Notes: generated by a model not told the origin, from the letters alone. Numbered from the stretch's first letter, positions 29,559 to 40,068 are shown. The stretch: 41,454 nt of DNA from Bacteroidota bacterium (GCA_016868395.1 VGGW01000001.1:1-41454), one strand, 5' to 3'. Numbers and translations: made by a program.

Positions 29559-29589
29559 AAAAAAATCCGGCATTACAAGTACCGGATTT
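29558..29589 (-). terminator. Intrinsic terminator of the upstream lipoprotein gene, overlapping the rimP promoter
   Basis: Minus strand AATCCGGTA-cttgtaa-TGCCGGATT followed by a T run. Confidence 0.75.
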
Positions 29590-29602
29590 AAATTCTTTTG
29601 AA

Positions 29603-30064
29603 TTAATTCTTTTTAATAATCCCGAATTTATACTCAATAAATCCATCCGAATGAAATAGTTCACGTGTTTTAATCAGGTCTTCGGCATCATGATGCAATA
29701 ATTTGGTATAAGAACGGGCAAAGTATGACTGATTCTTTTTAAAATTATACTTTGGCTTAAAGCGTACTATTGCTCCTTCGATGGTATAATTTCCTTCCAG
29801 GGCAGGTTGAAAATCTCTCATCTCCGGATCGGAGGGTTCCTCGTATATAGCGAAGAAATTGGACCACAAGGAATCCGGAAGTGAATCGGTCTTTAATTCT
29901 TCCAGTGCCAAATATTCTAATCCGCTTAGTTCTACGGTTTGATTGACTGGATTCAGCTTGATTATCGGTTTATTTGAAGTATTATCCTGAACCTTATTAT
30001 GTTTGCAGGAGGAAAATAAAATCAAAATAATTGCAAAAATGTGGAATAGATTCTTCAATTTCAT
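29603..30064 (-). CDS. Hypothetical lipoprotein (start ATG 30064 preferred over 30076)
   Basis: MKLKNLFHIFAIILILFSSC lipoprotein signal followed by a soluble domain; no recognisable family. Confidence 0.7.
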   Translation of the reverse strand: MKLKNLFHIFAIILILFSSCKHNKVQDNTSNKPIIKLNPVNQTVELSGLEYLALEELKTDSLPDSLWSNFFAIYEEPSDPEMRDFQPALEGNYTIEGAIVRFKPKYNFKKNQSYFARSYTKLLHHDAEDLIKTRELFHSDGFIEYKFGIIKKN

Positions 30065-30091
30065 AATAATTATCATTTAGAACAATCCCAT

Positions 30092-30439
30092 ATGAGGCTG
30101 ATCATTGAAATTCTATTAATGGGTATAGCTGTCGCTGTTGCAGCCTATATACTTCCTGGAGTTGGTGTTGATAATTTCTGGAGCGCAATTATCGCAGGGA
30201 TATTCATTGCATTTGCGAATGCGACCATTGGTACCATACTCCGTATTTTAACTTTTCCTATTAACTTTCTGACTCTTGGTTTAGTTTCCTTTATCATTAC
30301 TGTGCTGATGGTCTTATTGGTTGACTAGCTAATGGATGGTTTTTCTACCGATGGATTTTTCTCTGCAGTATGGTTTGCCATCCTCCTCGCCCTGATTAAT
30401 ATGTTTTTTTCTGCTTTTAAATCAAAGAAAACAAATTAA
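30092..30439 (+). pseudogene. YvlD-like 4-TM membrane protein ('phage holin family') interrupted by an in-frame TAG at 30326-30328
   Basis: PGV, ILRILTFPINFLTLGL motif; after the TAG the same frame continues LMDGFSTDGFFSAVWFAILLALINMFF... to TAA 30439, supplying the expected last TM helix. Confidence 0.8.
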
Positions 30440-30483
30440 CAGAATTTCAATTCATCCTTAGATTCATCCTGATCTCGTTCTCG

Positions 30484-32595
30484 TTATTGTTTCAAAGCTT
30501 CATTTGCCCGAATAACGAGTGGAGACTTGTCTTTTGCTGACTGTGCAAAAACCTCTTTATTATCAGAAAAACGGTAATGCTTCCAAAGTTTGTTAAGGGC
30601 AGAAGCTCTAACCTGTGAGACCTGATCATGAAGAACCATTTGTTTGAGTGTTTGATGGACAGATTTACGCTCTTCATCAGACAAATTCTCAATCACGGAT
30701 AATGCGGTATGACGAACGAGCCAATTCTTGTCTTTTAATGCTGACATCAGAACCTTCCTCGCTTCGATATCTTCATTCCTATCTTTTAGTTTCATAACGG
30801 CTTCAAACCTGTCCATAAATAAAGGGGCATGCTGATACTGGAAAATATATTCTTGTGTATTTTTTTCTTCATTCTTTTCAGCCAGAATATATTTTTCTGC
30901 ATCAACATTTATAAGGTTGGGGCGACTCAGTGCCGAGAAAATGAAAGATTGAATGGGTTTGTCGAGGACAACTTCTTTACGATCAACCTGATCTCCGAAA
31001 TACAGGTCAATTGCCATAGGAATTCGATAAAGAGGCGTTTTTGATAAATCCTGATCCTGAGTAATCTTAACGATCACCTCTTTCTTTAGGGCATCATGGG
31101 AATTTCTGATGGTTAAAACAGGATGACCCGATGCAAGGAACCATTGGTTGAAAAACCAATTCATATCCAACCCGGTAACTTCTTCAAATGCAAGCCTGAG
31201 GTCATGAATTTCAGCAGTTTTGTAGGAATGTTTGATCAGGTAAAGTTTTAAAGCTTCAAAAAATGCTTCATCGCCAACAGTCTTTCTGAGCATATGTAGG
31301 ATTCTTCCACCCTTGTGATAACTGATTTCATCAAACATGTTTTCTCTATCGGAGTAATCAAAACGTATGACGTTCGGCTCTGATTTTCTATTATTTGCCA
31401 GGTATACCGAAAGATCTTCCAGGCCTTTCAAGTCAGCCTGATCCCTACCGTATTTAAACTCCTCCCATAGATATTCTCCATAAGTAGCGAAGGATTCATT
31501 TAAGGGTAAATTAGACCAAGATTCAGCAGTAACCAGGTTACCAAACCAATGATGAAATAATTCATGAGCGATTATATCTTCATGGTTTTCATCCAGGTAA
31601 GCACCCTCAGACATATTCAAACCTTCAAAGAATACGGATGCTGTAGTATTTTCCATAGCTCCGCTTACAAAATCACGGACAACAATCTGGGAGTATTTAT
31701 CCCAGGGATAGTCTACACCAAGTTTATTCGAGAAAAATTCCATCATTTCGGGAGTTTTGCCAAAAACCAGTTTGGCCGTTGATGCATAAGCCGGTTCAGT
31801 GTAATAACTTACTTCTTTTCCTCGCCAGGTATCTTTGGTAATTGAAAAATCCCCAACTGCCAGCATAGTCAGATAAGTTGAATGTACTTGTTCCTGTCTC
31901 CAACTATCGGTACGAGTTCCATCGCCATTCAAACTTGAAAATTCAAGTGTTCCATTCGAAAGGCTAACCATTTGATTCGGAACGGTAACATGTATTTCTT
32001 GGGTCATTTTCTCCTGAGTACCATTGATTGTTGGAAACCAATTGGAGTTACATTCTGTTTCACCTTGTGTCCAAATCTGTCTGGGTTTGGATTTATCTCT
32101 GCCATCTTTGTTTATAAAATAAATTCCCCGATCGTTTGCTGAAGAGATATCCTCGCCGATTTTTAACTTATTTGGCATGGCTACATAATCAATAAATACA
32201 TGATATTGATCATCTCGGGTATACATCCTATCCAGGCTGATTCTAAGTAATTTGCCATCATAAGAGTATTTGAGTGGTTTTTTATCATAGCCTTTCACCA
32301 ATGAGACAGAATTAAGGCGAAAGCCATTGGCATTTAATACCAATTGATCTGTGGGATAAAAATAGGGTTTTACCAAGATGCTTGCCTTCCCTATTACATG
32401 AGCACTGTCCCAATCAAAGCTAATGTCCAGGCGAGTATGTAAAATGTCATTGATTTTTGGGTAACTGCCTCTGTAAATAGAAGCCCCTTTGGGATTTTCA
32501 ATAACAGTGATCGGATCCAAGTTGACCATTTTTGGAGTTGAGCAGGCCATTAATACAATCAGAACTAAGGAGGATAGAGTAAATTTTAATTGCAT
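30484..32595 (-). CDS. M1 family (aminopeptidase N) metallopeptidase lipoprotein with HEAT-like C-terminus
   Basis: LMAC lipobox, GAMEN, HELFHHWFG...LNESFATY, YHKGG. Confidence 0.93.
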   Translation of the reverse strand: MQLKFTLSSLVLIVLMACSTPKMVNLDPITVIENPKGASIYRGSYPKINDILHTRLDISFDWDSAHVIGKASILVKPYFYPTDQLVLNANGFRLNSVSLVKGYDKKPLKYSYDGKLLRISLDRMYTRDDQYHVFIDYVAMPNKLKIGEDISSANDRGIYFINKDGRDKSKPRQIWTQGETECNSNWFPTINGTQEKMTQEIHVTVPNQMVSLSNGTLEFSSLNGDGTRTDSWRQEQVHSTYLTMLAVGDFSITKDTWRGKEVSYYTEPAYASTAKLVFGKTPEMMEFFSNKLGVDYPWDKYSQIVVRDFVSGAMENTTASVFFEGLNMSEGAYLDENHEDIIAHELFHHWFGNLVTAESWSNLPLNESFATYGEYLWEEFKYGRDQADLKGLEDLSVYLANNRKSEPNVIRFDYSDRENMFDEISYHKGGRILHMLRKTVGDEAFFEALKLYLIKHSYKTAEIHDLRLAFEEVTGLDMNWFFNQWFLASGHPVLTIRNSHDALKKEVIVKITQDQDLSKTPLYRIPMAIDLYFGDQVDRKEVVLDKPIQSFIFSALSRPNLINVDAEKYILAEKNEEKNTQEYIFQYQHAPLFMDRFEAVMKLKDRNEDIEARKVLMSALKDKNWLVRHTALSVIENLSDEERKSVHQTLKQMVLHDQVSQVRASALNKLWKHYRFSDNKEVFAQSAKDKSPLVIRANEALKQ

Positions 32596-32667
32596 CAGTA
32601 TAATCTTAATATTAGCTCCTGTTCATGGAGTCGAATCGTATTCAAAATAGGTGTAAAGGATTAATAA

Positions 32668-33918
32668 TCAATTTTTTTCAAGCAAAAGAATATCGATAGT
32701 TTTTTCGAAATCTTTTTTAAATGTCTGATAGTGGATACCGGTTCCGGGTCCGCTAAAACCTGTATGAATCTTTCTGACTTTCCCTGCCCGATCAATAACA
32801 AGCAAGGTTGGAAAGCCCATAAAATTTTTCAACATAGGTAGGCTTTTCACAACCTCGGCCTTATCATTTTTATATCCGCTAATTAGCATGTCATAAGGAA
32901 CATCAAATCTATCGCGTAAGCGTAAAATGCTTTTTTTAGAACGTTCAAAATCTGTAGTTCGTTCGTAGGCGAGGGCAATGATCTCGACTCCTTTTTCTTT
33001 ATATTTCTTATAAAATGGAACCAAATAAGCCGTTTCATCCATGCAATTTGGACACCAAGAACCAAAAAATTGAACTAGGATTATTTTGTTGGTGAACTTA
33101 GAATCTGATAAGGAAACCATTTTACCATTGAGATCAGGGTAAGAAAAATTTATTTTATCAAATCCATCTTTCAGGCTTGTTAATGAGTAGGCATCGGGTA
33201 ATTCTGCCTTTTCATCCTTATGGGCTGTCCAGGTTTGAACAGTCGAAAGACCAGAGTAAAAAACGCCCTCTTCCAGGACATTGTTATTTAAAATTTTCGC
33301 GGTAAATAGGTAGGCATGGCTTCCATCAAAACAAGAAAGATAAAGTTTATCGCCCACAACTGTTCCTTCAAGAAACCGATAATCTCCGGTAGTAGTAAGA
33401 AAAGTAGCGTAGATACGGTTGCCGTTCTGATTAAATTCTCCTATGGATGAAATAAGTCTGTCATTTCTGACATCCTTAAAAGAAACTGACCACTTCCCTG
33501 AAATATTATATAAAGATTCGCTATTAGCCTTGAAAAAGCGCCAGGAATCACCTCTTTGCGCTTCAATTTCCATCACTTCGGTGCTATCGCCGAATTGCTT
33601 AATCCAATGTCCTTTCAGAGATTCCTTATTATTTTTTACTCTGATTTCAGAATCAAAAAGGGGCATTTGAATCACTATGGAATCTGCAATATTTGAAATT
33701 TCATTGACCCTAAATCTTTCCTTCCCATTGATGATGTCTAAGAATGTGATACCTGCCGAATCCGTTACTTCAAAATTGAATGGAATCAGGGTTCCTGAAG
33801 CCGTCTTGAGTGTAGCACGCCAAATTCCTTCTTTAAGTTCAGGTTTTGAGTTTTGTTTGTAAGAGGACAGGCCGGATATTAAAAAGATTAAGCCAAAAAT
33901 TGAGCCGATGATTTTCAT
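32668..33918 (-). CDS. TlpA-like thiol-disulfide oxidoreductase with long N-terminal domain
   Basis: Signal peptide; FGSWCPNCMDE (CxxC), GFPT..IDRAG. Confidence 0.88.
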   Translation of the reverse strand: MKIIGSIFGLIFLISGLSSYKQNSKPELKEGIWRATLKTASGTLIPFNFEVTDSAGITFLDIINGKERFRVNEISNIADSIVIQMPLFDSEIRVKNNKESLKGHWIKQFGDSTEVMEIEAQRGDSWRFFKANSESLYNISGKWSVSFKDVRNDRLISSIGEFNQNGNRIYATFLTTTGDYRFLEGTVVGDKLYLSCFDGSHAYLFTAKILNNNVLEEGVFYSGLSTVQTWTAHKDEKAELPDAYSLTSLKDGFDKINFSYPDLNGKMVSLSDSKFTNKIILVQFFGSWCPNCMDETAYLVPFYKKYKEKGVEIIALAYERTTDFERSKKSILRLRDRFDVPYDMLISGYKNDKAEVVKSLPMLKNFMGFPTLLVIDRAGKVRKIHTGFSGPGTGIHYQTFKKDFEKTIDILLLEKN

Positions 33919-33932
33919 AAAATAAGTTAAAG

Positions 33933-35072
33933 CTACTTCAAAATCTCACGTGCGATTACTATTCGTTGAATTTCAGATGTTCCCTCATATATTTGAGTAA
34001 TTTTAGCATCTCGCATCAAACGTTCAACATGGAATTCCTTTACAAATCCGTAACCTCCATGAATTTGAACAGCTTCAATGGTGGTTCTCATAGCAACCTC
34101 AGAAGCATATAATTTAGCCATTGCACTTGCCTGTGCATAAGGAAGCCCTTGATCTTTTAGCCAGGCAGCCTTTAAACATAACATTCGTGCAGCTTCAATT
34201 TCTGTAGCCATATCAGCGAGCTTGAATTGTATTGCCTGGTGGCCGGATATTGGCTTACCAAAAGCTTTGCGTTCTTTAGAGTACTGCAAGGCAAGTTCGT
34301 AAGCGCCTGAGGCTATTCCTAAAGCTTGAGAAGCGATTCCAATTCGGCCACCGTCAAGTGTTTGCATGGCAAATGAGAATCCAAAGCCTTCCTCGCCGAT
34401 ACGATTTTCTTTAGGCACCTTTACATCAGTAAACATCAGTGAGTGGGTATCAGAACCCCTGATTCCAAGTTTATTTTCCTTAGGTCCTATCGTGAAACCC
34501 TGCATTCCCTTTTCCAAAATCAATGCATTGATACCTTTATGTCTTTGAGCAGGATTACTTTGTGCGATAACCAAATATGTAGAGGCATTCACTCCATTCG
34601 TAATCCAGTTTTTAGTCCCGTTTAAAAGATAATAATCACCCATATCTATGGCGCTTGTCTGTTGCGAAGTGGCATCCGAGCCGGCTTCAGGCTCAGAGAG
34701 ACAAAAGGCACCTAATTTTTCTCCGGCAGCCAGTGGTTTTAAATATTTTTCCTTTTGAAACTCGGAACCATATTTCTCTAGTCCGTAGCAAACCAATGAA
34801 TTGTTTACTGAAACGGCAACTGCAGCAGAAGCATCCACCTTAGATAATTCTTCTATGGCGAGTACATAAGAAATTGTATCAAGGCCGGAACCATTGTATT
34901 TTGGATCAACCATCATCCCCAGAAATCCAAGTTCACCAAGTTTTTTAATCTGCTCATGAGGAAATTTCTGCTGCTCATCACGTTCTATTACACCGGGCTT
35001 TAGTTCACTGGTTGCGAAATCTCTTGCTGCTTGCTGAATCATCAGCTGCTCTTCAGTAAATGCAAAAAACAT
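33933..35072 (-). CDS. Acyl-CoA dehydrogenase (short-chain type)
   Basis: AFCLSEPEAGSD, NGTKNWITN, KLGIRGS, QIHGGYG, IYEGTSEIQR; TAATTTTG box at 35100-35093. Confidence 0.95.
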   Translation of the reverse strand: MFFAFTEEQLMIQQAARDFATSELKPGVIERDEQQKFPHEQIKKLGELGFLGMMVDPKYNGSGLDTISYVLAIEELSKVDASAAVAVSVNNSLVCYGLEKYGSEFQKEKYLKPLAAGEKLGAFCLSEPEAGSDATSQQTSAIDMGDYYLLNGTKNWITNGVNASTYLVIAQSNPAQRHKGINALILEKGMQGFTIGPKENKLGIRGSDTHSLMFTDVKVPKENRIGEEGFGFSFAMQTLDGGRIGIASQALGIASGAYELALQYSKERKAFGKPISGHQAIQFKLADMATEIEAARMLCLKAAWLKDQGLPYAQASAMAKLYASEVAMRTTIEAVQIHGGYGFVKEFHVERLMRDAKITQIYEGTSEIQRIVIAREILK

Positions 35073-35209
35073 AAGAATAGGTTTATGTCACCCAAAATTA
35101 ATCTTTCGGGTCTCATTAATAACTGGTCGTTTACAAATATTAAGAAATATTTCGGTTAGTTATAGGGCAGATTGTCAAACAATATTAAAATTAATGGCCT
35201 TGACAATCT

Positions 35210-35716
35210 TTATTGAAAATTTTGTGAGCTATATCTGATTTTTTGTTCAATAAGAGTGGTGGAATAGCCCCTAAGGTACGGGATGGTTTTTACTGATCCT
35301 CCATATTCTGAAACGAAATCAGCTCCTACAATTTGTTCAAAAGAATAATCAGCTCCTTTGACTAAAATATCAGGCCTAAGTAATTTGATCAAGTTCAGGG
35401 GGTCAGGGTCGTCGAAAATTATAACCGCATCCACGAAAGACAATGATGCCAGCATAATGGAACGAGAGACTTGATCGGTTATAGGTCTTCCTTCGCCTTT
35501 CAATGCTGAAGTAGAGGCATCCGAGTTTAGCCCGATAATTAATTTATCTCCCATATCAGCAGCTTTTGAAAGGTAATCGATATGACCCAAATGAAGCAAA
35601 TCAAAACAGCCATTGGTAAAAACTATTTTTTTTTCTAATAAACGCCATACATTCAAGGTAGATACTAAATGATCTACTGAATAAATCTTTTCTTTAATTT
35701 TATCTAATTTACTCAT
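35210..35716 (-). CDS. rfaE2: D-glycero-beta-D-manno-heptose 1-phosphate adenylyltransferase (stand-alone RfaE domain II)
   Basis: VFTNGCFDLLHLGH, GLNSD..LKG..RP, LVKGADY, YSTT. Confidence 0.88.
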   Translation of the reverse strand: MSKLDKIKEKIYSVDHLVSTLNVWRLLEKKIVFTNGCFDLLHLGHIDYLSKAADMGDKLIIGLNSDASTSALKGEGRPITDQVSRSIMLASLSFVDAVIIFDDPDPLNLIKLLRPDILVKGADYSFEQIVGADFVSEYGGSVKTIPYLRGYSTTLIEQKIRYSSQNFQ

Positions 35717-36708
35717 ACATGATTTTTCCTCGTCGTTGATTTAAGAAATAAAATTACACTTAATGAGCCAATAAAAAGTATAATTAAATTCTGACTTGTA
35801 TGAAATATTAATGCAAAGGTAAGACCATCAATTTTGGAAATACCATACAGCAAAAGTCCCTCTGAAACCATCCAATGAAAAGCGCCGATTCCTCCTTGTA
35901 CCGGAGCGATCATGGCTAGACTGCCAAAAGCAAGCGTGGAAAGTGCAGCACCCGCACCCAAAGAGGATGTATTTTCTAAGGCGGAAAAGCAAAAATAAGA
36001 TGAAAGTCCGTAGAGTATCCAGATTATTAGGGAGCTGATTAGAAATAGAAGTTTGTTATCAATATTTTTTATAGACACTACACCGTTTTTAATACCTGAA
36101 ATGAATTGAAAAATAGTATTGAAAAATCTCCAATTTTTCTTTTTAATCATCGCCATTAAGAAAATAAAAATTAGAAATAATGCCAATAAGGCAAGAATCA
36201 ATAAAGCCACCTCCACAATTCTGCCATTCAGTTTACCGAATAAGTGTTTATTTAAAAACCCGGGAATTAATTTGTATTCAAAAAATACGGCCATTACAAA
36301 TGCAAGCCCCAGCATGACTAAATCAACTAAACGTTCAACAAGTACTGTGCCCAGCAATTTGTCTACGGGAATATTGCTCGATTTATTGATCACCGTACAT
36401 CTGGCTAATTCACCCATTCGTGGAAATGCAATATTAGCAATATAGCCCATGATTACTGCATGAAAAGTGCTCATCAATGGGGGTGTTTCGTGGCCTAGTG
36501 AGCCAATCATTAAATTCCATCGGAAAGCCCTTATGACATGTGCTATCAAGCTGACTAACATGGCAAGAAATACCCATTTCAAATCTGCTTTTCTCAGATC
36601 AGAGATCATCTGATTGATATCCTGCCCTCTAAAAGCTAAATACAAGAGTAAGAGTCCGACACTAAGAACTATCAGATACTTAAAAACCTTGATGTTGAAA
36701 ATTCTCAA
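35713..36708 (-). CDS. Lysylphosphatidylglycerol synthase TM-domain (flippase-like) protein (TTG start)
   Basis: RAFRW, PRMGELAR, ERLVD, APVQGGIGAFH; multi-TM. Confidence 0.85.
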   Translation of the reverse strand: MRIFNIKVFKYLIVLSVGLLLLYLAFRGQDINQMISDLRKADLKWVFLAMLVSLIAHVIRAFRWNLMIGSLGHETPPLMSTFHAVIMGYIANIAFPRMGELARCTVINKSSNIPVDKLLGTVLVERLVDLVMLGLAFVMAVFFEYKLIPGFLNKHLFGKLNGRIVEVALLILALLALFLIFIFLMAMIKKKNWRFFNTIFQFISGIKNGVVSIKNIDNKLLFLISSLIIWILYGLSSYFCFSALENTSSLGAGAALSTLAFGSLAMIAPVQGGIGAFHWMVSEGLLLYGISKIDGLTFALIFHTSQNLIILFIGSLSVILFLKSTTRKNHV

Positions 36709-37559
36709 TAGGTATTGAGTTTATTTAGGTACATATTATCGATGATTCTTATTTTCCCAATTCTGGCTGCAACCAGAGCAATTATTGTTTTTGCGTTTTT
36801 AGAATTAATAGATTTAAAAGTCCGGGCATTAAAGATTTCGAAATATTCCATTTCAATCCCCGGGCAAGATCTGAGAAATATTTGTACCTCTTTTTTAATT
36901 CTTGAAACTGATTTTGTTTTAAACAATTCCCGAGCCAGGGTCAATGATTGGAACAGGGCGATTGCCTGCAAACGTTCCTCAGGCAATAAATTAATATTAC
37001 GGGAACTCATCGCAAGACCATCGATTTCACGGATAATCGGACAGATAATGAGTTTAACCCGAATATTCAATTTTTTAACCATGAATTCAATCACCTTGAT
37101 CTGCTGATAATCTTTCTGACCAAAGAAGGCAAATTCTGGTTTTAAAATGTCAAATAGTTTTTTCACGATCTGGGTTACACCTTGGTAATGACCGGGTCTA
37201 ATTTTCCCCTCAAGAATTTTATCCAGATTACCCAACTCGATTTCCCAAAATTCCGAATCTATATACATCTCATCAACCTCAGGTAAAAACAAAACATCAC
37301 AGCCGGGTTGCCTTAATTTTTTAAGATCATCTTCAATGGGTCTGGGATAATTCTCAAGATCTTTTTTATCGTTAAACTGGGTAGGATTTACAAAAATGCT
37401 GCAGACCACAACATCTGCTTTTTTGCGAGCGGCATCAATTAATGAAAGGTGTCCGGCATGTAAAGCGCCCATGGTAGGAACAAATCCAATAGATTTGCCC
37501 GATGATCGTAAATCATCCAGGTAGATCTGAATAGTGTCCTTTCTGTTGAAGATTTTCAA
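36705..37559 (-). CDS. panC: Pantoate--beta-alanine ligase (TTG 37559 preferred start)
   Basis: GFVPTMGALHAGH, SIFVNPTQF, RPGHYQGV, FGQKDYQQ, GLAMSSRN, RIIDN. Confidence 0.97.
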   Translation of the reverse strand: MKIFNRKDTIQIYLDDLRSSGKSIGFVPTMGALHAGHLSLIDAARKKADVVVCSIFVNPTQFNDKKDLENYPRPIEDDLKKLRQPGCDVLFLPEVDEMYIDSEFWEIELGNLDKILEGKIRPGHYQGVTQIVKKLFDILKPEFAFFGQKDYQQIKVIEFMVKKLNIRVKLIICPIIREIDGLAMSSRNINLLPEERLQAIALFQSLTLARELFKTKSVSRIKKEVQIFLRSCPGIEMEYFEIFNARTFKSINSKNAKTIIALVAARIGKIRIIDNMYLNKLNTY

Positions 37560-37632
37560 ATTCTTATTAAATTTTACCGACCTCAAAAATGGTTAAATAC
37601 TTAAAGAGTAACAAAACAACTTGCTGAATTCA

Positions 37633-37663
37633 TTGATATTTCATAAGATAATGATTATCTTTG
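37633..37663 (+). promoter_or_regulatory. Promoter for the GT5-like / DUF4270-like / glmS unit
   Basis: TTG (37633-37635), 20-nt spacer, TATCTTTG (37656-37663). Confidence 0.7.
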
Positions 37664-37706
37664 CAGTTCGAAAACTTTTCACAACATTAAACTAATCGGA
37701 CCGGAG

Positions 37707-38531
37707 ATGGCAAAAACGAAGATTCTTTTTATTACGCATGAGATATCGCCTTTCCTAGAGCTTACTAAAATTTCTGAAATTACCCGTCACTTGCCACAGG
37801 CAATGCAGGACAAAGGATTTGAAATTAGGATACTCATGCCTCGTTTTGGAAATATTAATGAACGTCGTAACAGACTGCATGAAGTAATTCGACTTTCGGG
37901 TATGAATATAATTATCAATGATAATGATAACCCGCTCATCATTAAAGTAGCTTCAATTCCTTCTGCACGTATGCAGGTTTATTTTCTGGATAATGAAGAA
38001 TATTTTCAGAGAAAACATGTCTTTACAGATAACAACAATAAATTTTACGCAGACAACGACGAGAGAACTATCTTCTTTTGTAAAGGAGCTCTGGAAACCG
38101 TGAAAAAATTAGGATGGTCTCCTGACCTCGTACATTGCCATGGGTGGATGAGCGCACTTGTTCCAGCTTATTTAAAGACAATCTATAAAGAAGATCCCAC
38201 TTTCAAGAATTCGAAGGTGGTTTATTCAGTGTACGAAGATAATTTTGAAACCTCTTTGAGTGCTGAATTCGCTACGAAAGCAATCATGAATGGAATGCTT
38301 GCAGAGCATACAGAGGTTTATACCGATGCAACAAATAAAGCGCTGAATCTTGGCGCAATTTCTTATTCTGATGGGGTAGTTTGTGCCTGCGAAACCATCA
38401 ATGAAGAAGTGTTAAAGTTTGTTAAAAATTCAAACAAACCCCTGCTTGAGTTTGATTCCACTTCAGATTACGAAAATTATTATAACCTTTACGAAGAAAT
38501 TGCCGGCGAAGAACTAGTTTCATTAGATTGA
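37707..38531 (+). CDS. Glycogen/starch-synthase N-terminal (GT5) domain-only protein
   Basis: ILFITHEISPF, EIRILMPRFG, YADNDERTIFF, PDLVHCHGW; only 274 aa, no C-terminal domain. Confidence 0.85.
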   Translation: MAKTKILFITHEISPFLELTKISEITRHLPQAMQDKGFEIRILMPRFGNINERRNRLHEVIRLSGMNIIINDNDNPLIIKVASIPSARMQVYFLDNEEYFQRKHVFTDNNNKFYADNDERTIFFCKGALETVKKLGWSPDLVHCHGWMSALVPAYLKTIYKEDPTFKNSKVVYSVYEDNFETSLSAEFATKAIMNGMLAEHTEVYTDATNKALNLGAISYSDGVVCACETINEEVLKFVKNSNKPLLEFDSTSDYENYYNLYEEIAGEELVSLD

Positions 38532-38619
38532 AACTTGCTAAATAGAGCTTCATGGATAACTCAGGAGCATTATTCAAAATGTTAAGACCTGCAAGCCTTT
38601 GAAAATTAATGTAACAGGG

Positions 38620-39999
38620 ATGAAATTATACAAACTGGACTTATTGACCTTGTTGATAAGTCTTTTTATTTTCAGCAGTTGTCAAAATACTGATTCTATC
38701 GGCCTTGATGTTGATCCTGCTACTGAACTTATCGGTACCTTTACCGATACAATTACGGTTATTTCATCCACTGTAAAGGAAGATAGTATAGTCACGAATA
38801 CCTTATCTAAATATCCTTTGGGGCATATGGTTGATCCAATTTTTGGAAAAACTACCGCAAATATTGCCATGTCTTTAACCTTGGATCCTCCGGGGCTTAA
38901 CTTTGGCACATCTCCTGTCCTGGATTCAGCAGTACTGGTTCTGTACTATGCTAAAGATTTTTACGGAGATAGTACGTCAAATTTTCAGGTTGATGTTCAT
39001 CAACTTAATAATCCTTTGAGGACTTCTGTTCAATACTTTAATACCCAGACCCAAAGTTATTCATCAACGGTAATTGGAAGTATAAAACAAAGGTTCAACT
39101 TAAAGGATAGTGTGAGCCTTACAGAAATTGTAACCGGTAGTCCTGATAAGAAGGTAAGAAGAGCTCCTCAACTCCGCATCCCGATGAATCCGGGGTTTAT
39201 TACAGCCAATTTTTTGAATGCATCTTCCACTACCCTAAGCAGCAATGAGCAGTTAAATAAAGAGCTTAAAGGTTTTTACCTCACGATAAATAAATCTCAG
39301 AGCACCGGGCAGGGGGGTATCGCATTTTTTAATCTGACTGACTCAAGCAGGTTAGAAATTTATTATAAAAGTCAGAACGGTGTTTTGACGGATACTATTT
39401 TACATAAATTTCCAATTGTGAATAATGCAGTGCCTGTTATTGCTGATTTTAAAAATGATTACACAGGCACTGCTATCCAGGCTAATTTAAATAGTACTAC
39501 CCAGCAAGACTTAACTTATGTTCAGGCTTTGTCCGGTTTGCGAACTAAACTTCGTTTTCCGCACATCGAGAAATTAAAAAACCTGGGAAACATAAGCATC
39601 AATAAAGCTGAACTAATCGTTACCGCTACAGGTGGTAAGGCCCCCTTTCACCCTGCATCCAGATTAATTATGTACCGCAATGATATTGCAAGGCAGAGGC
39701 AGTTTATACCGGATTTCAGTAATGAACCCGTTTTTTCATTAACTGATGTAGATTTCGGCGGATTTTATGACCCAAACAAAAAGCAGTATAAATTTCAGAT
39801 TACGAGTTATATTCAAGATATTTTGAAAGGGAAATTGAAACAATTCGACACCTTTATTGCTCCTGTCAGTACTGATTTCAATCGAGCGGCAGGTCCTGTC
39901 GCATCAGGAAGCTCTGCCGGGGGCGCAGTGTTAGGTAGCGGAAAATCCGGGACTAGCTATCAAATGAAGCTTAGAATTATTTACAGTAAGATTAATTAA
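38620..39999 (+). CDS. DUF4270-like lipoprotein (start ATG 38620)
   Basis: LLISLFIFSSC lipobox, LG..DPIFG.T, DSAVLVLYY, KGFYL, INKAEL; position between the GT5-like gene and glmS as recalled for Bacteroidota. Confidence 0.75.
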   Translation: MKLYKLDLLTLLISLFIFSSCQNTDSIGLDVDPATELIGTFTDTITVISSTVKEDSIVTNTLSKYPLGHMVDPIFGKTTANIAMSLTLDPPGLNFGTSPVLDSAVLVLYYAKDFYGDSTSNFQVDVHQLNNPLRTSVQYFNTQTQSYSSTVIGSIKQRFNLKDSVSLTEIVTGSPDKKVRRAPQLRIPMNPGFITANFLNASSTTLSSNEQLNKELKGFYLTINKSQSTGQGGIAFFNLTDSSRLEIYYKSQNGVLTDTILHKFPIVNNAVPVIADFKNDYTGTAIQANLNSTTQQDLTYVQALSGLRTKLRFPHIEKLKNLGNISINKAELIVTATGGKAPFHPASRLIMYRNDIARQRQFIPDFSNEPVFSLTDVDFGGFYDPNKKQYKFQITSYIQDILKGKLKQFDTFIAPVSTDFNRAAGPVASGSSAGGAVLGSGKSGTSYQMKLRIIYSKIN

Positions 40000-40068
40000 T
40001 TTTATTCCAACAAGCTTTCATTTTACAGGGATAGTTTTCTAATTTCATCACCAAATAAATTAAATAGT

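Noticed and set aside
30092-30439. Prophage suggested by the 'holin family' gene
   Set aside because: No endolysin, integrase or structural genes nearby; YvlD-like proteins are common chromosomal genes.
40000-40068. glmS ribozyme
   Set aside because: The spacer is only 69 bp, AT-rich and lacks the required core structure.
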